A DNA stretch of 55,057 bases. Origin: Piromyces finnis finn (taxonomy: Eukaryota; Fungi; Neocallimastigomycota). A program made the translations under genes and the position numbers. The stretch is taken from NCBI GenBank assembly GCA_002104945.1, contig MCFH01000104.1:1-55057 (forward strand), written 5' to 3'. Below, piece by piece: positions 1-11,900 of the stretch (position 1 is its first letter; each line of letters opens with the position of its first letter). The notes under the pieces were generated by a model, which saw nothing but the letters and a program-made list of their open reading frames with translations, was not told the DNA's origin and did no database searches.

Positions 1-2605
1 TATAATAATAATTATTACTACTTTTTTTATGATTGAAAATATAAAGATATAAAATAAAATAAAATAAAAGCAAGGATAAAAAAAAAAAGCTATTTTTTTA
101 ATTATATATATATATAAAATTTTAAAGTTATAACAATTATATATTTTACTTATTAAAATTAAATAAAAAACAATTCAATTTAAATATATTATAATCTATT
201 ATACTTTAAAAAAAAAAAGCCAAAAAAAAAACTTTATATGTTAAATTAATAGGTAGAATATATTATAATAAATGACTAATAAATAATACTATTTTCTTAT
301 AATATATTAGAGTCTATTATATTTAAATGCTTTTTAAGGTAATACAAAAAAAATTATAAATGAAAAAATAAAAAATTTAATATAATTCACTATAAATCCA
401 ATAAATATAATATATAATAATTTCTTTTGGTGTATATTAAAATAACTAATAATTAAATAAAAATCAATTACATTTTATATTCTATATATATTAAGACTAT
501 ATACATTTTATATAAAAATCATTGAAATAATTTTATAATCAATATAGTTAATATATAACAAAGTGTATTTAATAAATAAAAAATGTTGTGCAATGTAATT
601 TAAATATTATATTATGGATAATTCATTTTTTTTAAATGAATATAATTCTATTAAATTTATTCAAAATAAATATATATTTTAATAGTATATATAATAATGC
701 ATTAAAAATACGAATTTTAGCCAATGATACCTTAAGATCACATTTTTTTAAATTTCTCATCATTTTTATAGTATTAACAATAGACTAAAAAAAATATTTT
801 ATCTCCATATTCAATTATTTTTAATATAAATAAGGTTTATTATTTTTCATATAATGAATATATTGAAAATATATTATAATATATTTTATGTAAAATAATA
901 ATTAAAAAAATAAATGAATCTTAACACATTCAAATAAATACATTGAATAATGTAGTTCTATTAACGTATTATTTTGTATTTAATATTTATCATAGTATAT
1001 TATATTATATGAAATATAATATATTTAAAAATAGGAATTAACATTAATTAAATAATATATTATAGATAGATGTAAAAATTTGGCAGCCTATCATTAACTA
1101 TAAAATAAATTTAAAAAATTATAATAATATATTATAATATATTTTAATTATACTGAAAATAGAAAAAAAAACTAATAACTATTTAAATAAAGTTTTTTCT
1201 CTAAACCTTTTGTTTATTATTTCCTTTTTTTTTTCTGGTTAAACAAGAGAAAATCTTTTACTTAATAAATGTTATAAAATAAAAATTTTATGGTAAAATG
1301 GGTTGTATATATAAAGAAAGAAAGAAGGAAAAGGGAGATTAAAAAAATTTCATCCTTTTTTTAGGTTTAAGAGAATAAAAAAATAATTATTGAAAAAGCA
1401 CAATTTGAAAAATGGATAAAAAAAATAAAGTATTATCTATATATAAATTATATAAATTTTAACCCAATTATAATATAATAATACAATATAAACCAATATA
1501 TATAGGTTGTTTATTAATTTATTGGTTAATATTAAATTTATTTTCTATTCTATAATATTGATGATTAAAAAGAATACTAAAAATGAAACTTTTTTTCCTA
1601 TTAAAAATTGTCATTCATCTCCTTTTTTTCATTTGTCTAAGGTATTTAGTATTTAGAGTAGTTGTACCTTTTTTTTTTGCAAATAAAAAAACTTTTGCAC
1701 TTTAAAATATGAAAATATTTAAAAAAAAATAATATATATATATAGACTATTAATCTTTCTATTTTACAAAAAATTGAATTAGTTGTTGAAAATATAAATG
1801 TTTTAATTTTATTTTTTTTTTTTTTTTTTTTGCTTTTTTAAGAAAAAAAAATAAAGTATTTAAACTTTAATAAATTATATTAAAATCTTATTACAATTCA
1901 CTTTTTATTAATATAATAATTTATATTAATAGAAATATTATTCATTATCATTAGAATAAAAAAATAATGGATTATTTAATTGAAGGATGCCTTTGAAAAA
2001 TGACAAGAATGAAATAAACTATATATTAATATAATATAAATATGGATTAAAAAAAAGAATATTATAATTATATCTTGAAAAAATATTTTCTTCTAATAGC
2101 ATTAACATAATAAGAATTAAACATTTCATCTTCTTTATAAATATAAAATATAATAGAATCACATTCGAAGAAAGAATGGTAGGATAGATATGAACTTTAG
2201 TCAATAAAACTCTCTTTCTAATAAGTTTTTTTTTAGTTCAAATAAAAAAAAAACAATATAAATGTTCTAATTTAGTTTTAATTGATAAATATAATGATTA
2301 TTTAAAATACTATAAGTTTTAAAATTAGAAAGTTATTTAAGAATGCATCTCTAATGCATTAAATTTATGTAAATAAATGATTATTAATAATAATGCATAT
2401 TTAAGTTTAATATGAATTTTTATTTTTTTTAAAATAGAAATTATTAAAACTTTAGATAATACTTTGTTATAGTTATTTAAAAAAATAGTATAATAATATT
2501 AAAAGTTTAAGAATAATAAATACACTATTATAACATAGCAATTATTAAATAACTGAAATAAGGAATCTTTAAGTTTTTTATTTAGTAGTAGTATTATTAC
2601 TATTA

Positions 2606-2656
<51 letters not shown>

Positions 2657-3147
2657 TCTTCTACTTCATTTCATGGATTATACACTTTCTTTTTTATTTT
2701 TTACTTTATTTTTCTCAAAAATAATTCTTAAAAATGGCTTGGACTTATTTTACTATTGGTAAGGTTGTGCAACCTTTTATTATTAATCTTAAAATAATAA
2801 TAAATATTTTATTTATTGTTTAAAGATTTTTTTTTTTTTTTTTTTTTTTTAATCAATCAAATTTTAGGTTATTAAAAAAAAATTTAAATAATTGTTTTAC
2901 TATAAATGGCAATATTTTATATTAAAATAAAACGATACATTAAAATAGGAAAATGTATTTTTTATTAAATTGAACATATTTATCAATACTATGTATTAAT
3001 TTTCAAAACGCCAATAATAAAAAAAAAATAAATAAATAATAAAGTGTTATATATTATAAATATTATCTTCATATATAAATAGATAAAAGAATTAAAAAAA
3101 ATATTTTATAGATTAAAAGATGATTATTTACAGTAAATAGTATAGTT

Positions 3148-3305
3148 GAAATTGTTGGTAGACTTATTTTCATTTTAAATTGTTATTCTTACAAGTTAGA
3201 AATTGTTGGTAAACTTATTTTCATTTTAAATTGTTATTCTTACATGTTAGAAATTGTTGGTAGACTTATTTTCATTTTAAATTGTTATTCCTACAAGTTC
3301 GAAAT
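3148..3305. repeat. 51-bp tandem repeat, 3 copies
   Basis: Unit gaaattgttggtagacttattttcattttaaattgttattcttacaagtta starts at 3148, 3199 and 3250, with single-base variants. Confidence 0.9.
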
Positions 3306-4029
3306 ATGTATAGTTATTTTTTTTTTAAATATCTAATATTGTTATTTTTTTAATTAGAAAAGTTGATTTCTTTTCCAAATACTAAATTAATTTCAAAATA
3401 AATATAAAATTAATTGATATAGATATATTTATAATAATATAAATGCATGAAATAAACAATAGATTTATGAAATAAATTGTTATTATTATTGCTTTTTTTT
3501 TTTTGCATATTGTTGCTGATTATTATTATTATTGTTTTATTTTACTTATTTTATAATTATCAAAAATAATAATAATAATAATAATAATATACCATCAAAT
3601 TAGAATAGTACATATAGATAATCAAAGGATAAATGGCAAGGACACTAAAAAAAATAAAAAAAAAATTATTAAATAAAAATATTTAAAAAAAAAAAAAAGC
3701 GAAATAATGATTTATATAAAATATATAAAATAAAAAATAAAGTAAAATAGAAATACAACAAAACTGACAAGGGAAACAAAAAGTTTAAAAATGAATGTTT
3801 ATTTTTTTTTTTTAACTGACTTTAAAACTTTAATTTTATAGGTAATATAGGATGATTGTTTCAAATTATTTAAAACAATTATAAAAAATAAATTATATAA
3901 AGTGTGTGGCTAGGTTTGGTATATAGGTAAAGAATGTTTAAACAAAATATTTTTTTTTCTTCTTTCAACTACAAAATTCATTTTTCCCTACTGAAGTAGT
4001 CCTAATAGTATTTATTAAAGAAATGGTTA

Positions 4030-4870
4030 GGTGGTTTTGACCGTCCGGTTTGGCATATTGAATATCCATAAATACAGTTAATTTAAAAAACGCCAATAAT
4101 ATTTTCATATCATTATCATCATTCCAATGTTTCAGTTACTTTAATTAATTCTTTTACTGTTTTACCAATGTATATTTTAAAGTTACCATAACTTCAAACT
4201 AATTGAACAGCCTTAATTCATGTGCATTACATGAATGACATTGTATGATATTTTTAATGGCATCTATATATATAAATAATATGTGACTTGAACATATTAT
4301 TATTAATAATATTAAATTTATAAAGTTTTATTAATGTAATATAAATGTATGACAAATGTAAAAGAATAATGTAGATGTATAATCCATATAGTTCCAGCCT
4401 TATCATTGGACAATTAATTATAAAGTAAATCTCATTAGTATAAATAGACTAGAGAATAATTATTATTAAGGAAACTTATTGTTTTAGTAAAAGTTTTAAT
4501 AGTTAACAACGACAGAGTTACCGTTTTAGTATTTAGACAGAATAAAAATATTAGAACGTAATTAAGTTAATAATAAAAAAACATATATATTATTTAAAGT
4601 TAAATTCTTTCTACATAAAATTAACCAGTATCAATATTAGTCTTATGTGATCATTCGATCATGATCCAATTTGACATGTACCAACCATGTACACTGAATC
4701 CTTAAGGTTAACAAGGATCTATTTCAATATCATATAATATCATTATATCAAAATAAAATCCTAGATTAATACTTATTTAAAATATCATAGCCCTACCTAT
4801 TACAAAAGAAGTCAATGGTTGAATTTTATTATTACTGATACCTGGCTAAGCCATAGAAAATTATTTTCAT
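4030..4870 (-). pseudogene. Possible decayed coding remnant, family unidentified
   Basis: Locally higher GC than the flanks. Minus-strand frames give protein-like patches broken by many stops (PGISNNKIQPLTSFVIG, GFSVHGWYMSNW, GWNYMDYTST). No recognisable motif. Confidence 0.2.
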
Positions 4871-5005
4871 ATTTAAAATGAATATTTTTTATATAGTTAG
4901 TCTTAATATATTTATTGAAATATATAATTATAAGAATATTTATAAATTTGATACCTATTTTAAAACTATTAAATTTTACATAAATTAAAAATTCATTATT
5001 TGTAG

Positions 5006-5190
5006 TTCTTATTATAGCCTGAAAAATACTATTATAAAATATATTCTTTTTTAAAAAATCTTTTATTATATACACTATTAATAAATTATTTCAATGAATT
5101 CTTATTATAGCCTGAAAAATGCTATTATAAAATATATTCTTTTTTAAAAAATCCTTTATTATATACACTAATAATAAAATATTTCAATGA
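5006..5190. repeat. ~93-bp imperfect tandem duplication
   Basis: ttcttattatagcctgaaaaat(a/g)ctattataaaatatattc...atttcaatgaa starts at 5006 and again at 5099. Confidence 0.85.
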
Positions 5191-5553
5191 AGAATATAAC
5201 ATAAAATATTACTTTAACAATAATAATGTTTTTTTTTTATGCAATGATTTATTATATACATTATATAATACATAATTGCATAAATGTATCAATAATAATA
5301 TCCCACAAAATTTTTCTCATAAATACATACATAAATATTTATTTCAACTAGTTAAGGGTTAGTTTTTCATAATACTTAAAAGGTTACAAATAATACAATT
5401 CCAAAAACTATTTTTACATTAAAATCAATAAATGTATATATAAGTAAAATACTCATAAGACAATACCTATTTTATAATACAATTCAAATTTATTTTTTTA
5501 ATACGCTTGTTATAAAAATTACAGTAACATTTATTTTTGTTTTTCAATTCTTT

Positions 5554-5883
5554 AATATTTTTTTATTAATTTTTTTAAATAAAAAAACTTAACCAAATTT
5601 ATTCTCATAATATTTTTTTATTAATTTTTTTAAATAAAAAAACTTAACCAAATTTATTCTCATAATATTTTTTTATTAATTTTTTTAAATAAAAAAACTT
5701 AACCAAATTTATTCTCATAATATTTTTTTATTAATTTTTTTAAATAAAAAAACTTAACCAAATTTATTCTCATAATATTTTTTTATTAATTTTTTTAAAT
5801 AAAAAAACTTAACCAAATTTATTCTCATAATATTTTTTTATTAATTTTTTTAAATAAAAAAACTTAACCAAATTTATTCTCAT
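5554..5883. repeat. 55-bp minisatellite, 6 apparently identical copies
   Basis: Unit aatatttttttattaatttttttaaataaaaaaacttaaccaaatttattctcat at 5554, 5609, 5664, 5719, 5774 and 5829. Confidence 0.95.
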
Positions 5884-8800
5884 AAGAAAAAATAAAGAAA
5901 AAATAACTTTTCGTAATACCATATAACTAAAATTTAAAAAATTTACTAGATATAATAATAATAAAAATTATAATAAACAATTACAATTATTAAAATAGTT
6001 TATTGAATAGATACATATTTAAAAATATTTTCTAATTTATAATTATACTTTTTTTTTTATTAAATTACATACAAAAATTGAATATTTTTAAATTCTTCTT
6101 GGTTTATACTAAATAAAAACTCTCATTAATAATGAATAGTTTATTATTATTAATGAATTAAGCTATTAATTAAAATATATAAAATACAAAATATGAATTA
6201 AATTATTTTAGGAAATTTTTAATATGATAAAGGAAATATATATAATTATTTTGTTATCAATTTTCTAATAATTTTGATAAATTAAATATTAAATATAGAT
6301 AGTAGTAAATAAAAATAGTATTTAAAATAATATAAATAATAATTAAATGATAATAATAGAGTAATTAATGAGGTTTATTCTTATAAAATGAATATATATA
6401 TACTATACATGTAACATTATTTATAATTCCTCATAAAATATATATTTTTCATTTAATATAAAAAATATTTTTTTAAATAAAAAAGATAGAAATAGTAACT
6501 TAAAAAATAATATGTATGTAAAGGAAGATAGAAAGAAATATTAAAAGTGTAACTAAAGAGAAAAAAAATATATTAAAAATTTGTGTTAATTATTAAAATA
6601 TAGGAGTAAATGATATTCCTAGTATATTTATTTGTATAACCTTTCTGATACATTTTTTTATTTTTATTTTTATTTTTTTTTTTTTACATCTGTAACAATA
6701 ATATATATAAATAGTTTATATATAGATATATTAAATGTACCTAATAAATGAATCTGTCATGTTAATGACATAAAATTTTTTATAATATACAAGGTACAAT
6801 TTTTCTAAAATGGAATTTTAATATAATAAATATTATGATTTCTATAAAAAAATAGTAACATTAACAACAATATTAACATCATATTATTTATTTAAAATGT
6901 ATTATTTAAATTTGGGAAATAATAATGGGAAAGAATAAATAATTTTAATAAATTATTATTTCATGAAATGATATTATTTAAAATTATCATAATTATTCAT
7001 AGTCAGAGTTATGATTAAAATTAAATTGTATATTTCACTACATTGTTTTCCAAATTAAGTTAATAGTAGAAGGAGATTACTTTTTTTTTTTTTTATACAG
7101 ATGATAATAAATTTTTATATTATTATATTGTTAAAGAATCTCATTTATTTATAGCTCATTTAGTATTGTTTGTTAATTGAATCACCACATAAAAAAAGTA
7201 AAATATTATGATTTTTCTTTAATCTTTTAAATTTTAATTTATTTCTCATTAACATAAATTATGTTTAAATCAAAATTAATAAAATAAAAAATAATATTAT
7301 TTTTTCTATTAATTTTAGATATGCTATTAATATAAAATACAATTACTCATTTTTTATTTTTCAATTTTAAAGTTATTTTTATTTTCCCTTTAAAATTTTA
7401 TTTGCTCAAAGACTAATTTTATTTTTGAAAAATAAATGAAAAATTTATGATAAAAATAAAATACTTATAATGAAAAAAAGTTAAGGAACAAAAGAAATAT
7501 TAAAATTTATTTTCCTTTTAAAGTTTTATGGATAATTAAAATAATTTTACCCTTGAAAATACATTAAATATTTAATATTTATATTGTGAAATATAAAAAT
7601 AAGGATAGAAAAAAAAGTGTTATATACAATTTCTTTTTTTTTTTTTTTTTTTTTCTATACCTATTTCTTATGATATTCTTGATCTACACAAAATAAATTA
7701 ACTTTAAAATTTTTTTTTTTTTTTATGTTTTAAAAATTCATATATTTTTCACACAATCATTGACATGACAGATTGTGTACTGTGTACATTTCTAAATTAA
7801 AAATAATATATTTATAATATATGAGTATTTATAAATAGTATTTTGGTCGTCGTACCACGTTAAGTTTTTTTTTTTTTTTAAAAAAAGAAGCAAATTATTA
7901 TATTAAAAAATATAATTTTAAAAAATTAATATTATTATATTAAATAATATATTTTATAATAGTTAAATTAATTATTGTATAATATATTATTTATTAATAT
8001 TTTTTTTCAAACAAATAATATTAACGGAATTTAATAAACAATGTACAATAATACTAAAAATATTGTAATCATAACGGATAATAATAACTTTTAAATTTTT
8101 ATTCAATCCTTTAATTTGAAAAAATGTATTTATTTTTGACTAAGCAATTAAATTTATATAGAATCTAAAATAATATATTGAATATTACAATTATACCATA
8201 TATTGTTATATTACTTTCATTTAGTTACAAAATTAAAATAATTTATTTTACTCAATGAATATAACTTTAAATTTTTTTTAATATATTACATTAATTATCA
8301 TGCTCAAAAATGATAATGATTAAAAAACCTTAAATTATATTAAATTGTCATCATGTTCCATAGTGTTACAATAATTAGAACCTTAATTTTTTTAAAGTTT
8401 AAACTTTGAAGATTTGATTTTTAAACAATTTCCCTAACCTCTTAGAAAAAGTAATATATAAACAAGACATTTTTACTTTACTTTTTTTATTTTAAATTGT
8501 AAACTATATTTAATAAATTATATAGAGTTATAATTTATTAAATATATATATTTTTATAACAATAAAAAACAACATAAAGTAATATAAATAAATTGATTTT
8601 ATTTATCCTAATTTAATCTTAATTTAAAGGTAAGAAAAAGATTGTAAAAAAAGATTTTGTTTTTTAAATAAAAGGAAATTTAATGATATTAAAATAAAAT
8701 AAATTGCTAATACATGTCATGAAATGTTTCACAATTATTGAGAAATTTCACGGGAAACAAATTATTATAAAAATTCATAACTATAATTATTAATCATTAT

Positions 8801-8996
8801 TATAAATTAATAATAATAATAATTTATTATTTTATATGTTACTAATACTATTTTTATGTTGAAAATGTTATAATTCTATATGATATATTCATAATAAAAA
8901 TTGGATAAATTGAAATGGACGAATTGAATAATAGAACAACTATTATATAGAAACAAATTTTTAAAAAAAACAAAAACAATTAAAAAAGAAAACAAA

Positions 8997-11900
8997 ATGA
9001 AATTTTCAAAAATAGCTTTATTAGCTATCTCAATATTAAATGTTGATATATCCTTAGCTGCCCGTTGTGGTAAGGATAATGGATTATCATGTCCATCTGG
9101 TTACTGTTGTTCAAAAGATGGACAATGTGGTAAAAATGAAACTTTTTGTGGTGTTGGTTGTCAACCAAATTATGGTTTATGTAACGCACTTCTTATGACA
9201 AAGAAGCCAAAGGCTATTGCCACTAAAGCTCCAGTAACAATTAAGCCAACTGTTAAACCAATATCTAATGATGGTACTTGTGGTCCAAATAATGGTAATA
9301 AAGTATGTTCAAATGATGAATGTTGTAGTAAATTTGGATACTGTGGTAAAGGTGAAGTTTACTGTGGTTCTGGTTGTCAATCTGAATTTGGAAAATGCAA
9401 AACTGAAACTACTAAGCAAGTTTCAAATGGTGCTTGCCCAAGATGTTACAAGTGTATGAAGTGTGATGCTAAGATGGCTCGTCAATGCCCAGATGCTTGC
9501 AAAGAAACTGAAGAAAAGAAGCCAGAAGAAGAACAAATTGCTTGTCCAAGATGTTACAAGTGCATGAAGTGTGATGCTAAGATGGCTCGTCAATGCCCAG
9601 ATGCTTGCAAGGAAACCGAAGAAAAGAAGCCAGAAGAAGAACAAATTGCTTGTCCAAGATGTTACAAGTGCATGAAGTGTGATGCTAAGATGGCTCGTCA
9701 ATGCCCAGATGCTTGCAAGGAAACCGAAGAAAAGAAGCCAGAAGAAGAACAAATTGCTTGTCCAAGATGTTACAAGTGTATGAAGTGTGATGCTAAGATG
9801 GCTGCTCAATGCCCAGATGCTTGCAAGGAAACTGAAGAAAAGAAGCCAGAAGAAGAACAAATTGCTTGTCCAAGATGTTACAAGTGCATGAAGTGTGATG
9901 CTAAGATGGCTGCTCAATGCCCAGATGCTTGCAAGGAAACTGAAGAAAAGAAGCCAGAAGAAGAACAAATTGCTTGTCCAAGATGTTACAAGTGCATGAA
10001 GTGTGATGCTAAGATGGCTGCTCAATGCCCAGATGCTTGCAAGGAAACTGAAGAAAAGAAGCCAGAAGAAGAACAAATTGCTTGTCCAAGATGTTACAAG
10101 TGCATGAAGTGTGATGCCAAGATGGCTGCTCAATGCCCAGATGCTTGCAAGGAAACCGAAGAAAAGAAGCCAGAAGAAGAACAAATTGCTTGTCCAAGAT
10201 GTTACAAGTGTATGAAGTGTGATGCTAAGATGGCTCGTCAATGCCCAGATGCTTGCAAGGAAACCGAAGAAAAGAAGCCAGAAGAAGAACAAATTGCTTG
10301 TCCAAGATGTTACAAGTGTATGAAGTGTGATGCTAAGATGGCTGCTCAATGCCCAGATGCTTGCAAGGAAACCGAAGAAAAGAAGCCAGAAGAAGAACAA
10401 ATTGCTTGTCCAGCATGCCTTCATTGTATGAAGTGTGAACCAAATTCTGAGATGGCTATTCACTGTCCAGATGCTTGTCAAGAAGCTGAAGAAGAACAAG
10501 AAGAAGAACAAATTGCTTGTCCAAGATGTTACAAGTGTATGAAGTGTGATGCTAAGATGGCTCGTCAATGCCCAGATGCTTGCAAGGAAACCGAAGAAAA
10601 GAAGCCAGAAGAAGAACAAATTGCTTGTCCAAGATGTTACAAGTGTATGAAGTGTGATGCTAAGATGGCTGCTCAATGCCCAGATGCTTGCAAGGAAACC
10701 GAAGAAAAGAAGCCAGAAGAAGAACAAATTGCTTGTCCAGCATGCCTTCATTGTATGAAGTGTGAACCAAATTCTGAGATGGCTATTCACTGTCCAGATG
10801 CTTGTCAAGAAGCTGAAGAAGAACAAGAAGAAGAACAAATTGCTTGTCCAAGATGTTATAAGTGCATGAAGTGTGATGCTAAGATGGCTCGTCAATGCCC
10901 AGACGCTTGCAAAGAAACTGGAAAAAAGAACGAAAAATCTGAAAAGAAAGATGAAAAGAAGGATGAAAAATCTGAAAAGAAAATTGAAAAGAATAATGAA
11001 AAAACTGAAAAAAAGAATGAGAAAAAGAAGGAAAAGAGAGAATTTTTCGGTTGCCCAAGATGCTTCAAGTGTATGAAGTGTGATGCTAAGATGGCTCTTC
11101 AATGCCCAGATGCTTGCCAAGATGAACAAGAACAAATTGCTTGTCCAAGATGTTACAAGTGTATGAAATGCGATGCTAAGATGGCTGCTCAATGTCCAGA
11201 TGCTTGTCAAGAAACTAAAGAACCAGAACAAGAAGCTGTTGCTTGCCCAAGATGTTACAAATGCATGAAGTGTGATGCTAAGATGGCTGCTCAATGCCCA
11301 GATGCTTGTCAAGATGCTGAAGAAAAGATTGAAAAGAGAGGAATTTTCGGTTGTCCAAGATGTTACAAGTGTATGAAGTGTGACGCCAAGATGGCTGCTC
11401 AATGCCCAGATGCTTGCCAAGATGAACAAGAACAAATTGCTTGTCCAAGATGTTACAAGTGTATGAAATGCGATGCTAAGATGGCTGCTCAATGTCCAGA
11501 TGCTTGTCAAGAAACTAAAGAACCAGTACAAGAAGCTGTTGCTTGCCCATTATGTCTTCACTGTATGGAATGTGATGCCAAGATGGCTGCTCAATGTCCA
11601 GATGCTTGTCAAGAAACTAAAGAACCAAAACAAGAAGCTGTTGCTTGTCCAAGATGTTACAAGTGCATGAAGTGTGATGCTAAGATGGCTGCTCAATGCC
11701 CAGATGCTTGCCAAGATGTTGAAGGAAAGATAGAAAAGAGAGGTCTTTTTGATCTTTTTGCTTGCCCAAGATGTTACAAGTGCATGAAGTGTGATGCTAA
11801 AATGGCACGTCAATGTCCAGATGCCTGCCAAGATGCTGAAGAAAAGAAGCCAGAACAAGAGGCTGTTGCTTGTCCAAGATGTTACAAGTGCATGAAATGC

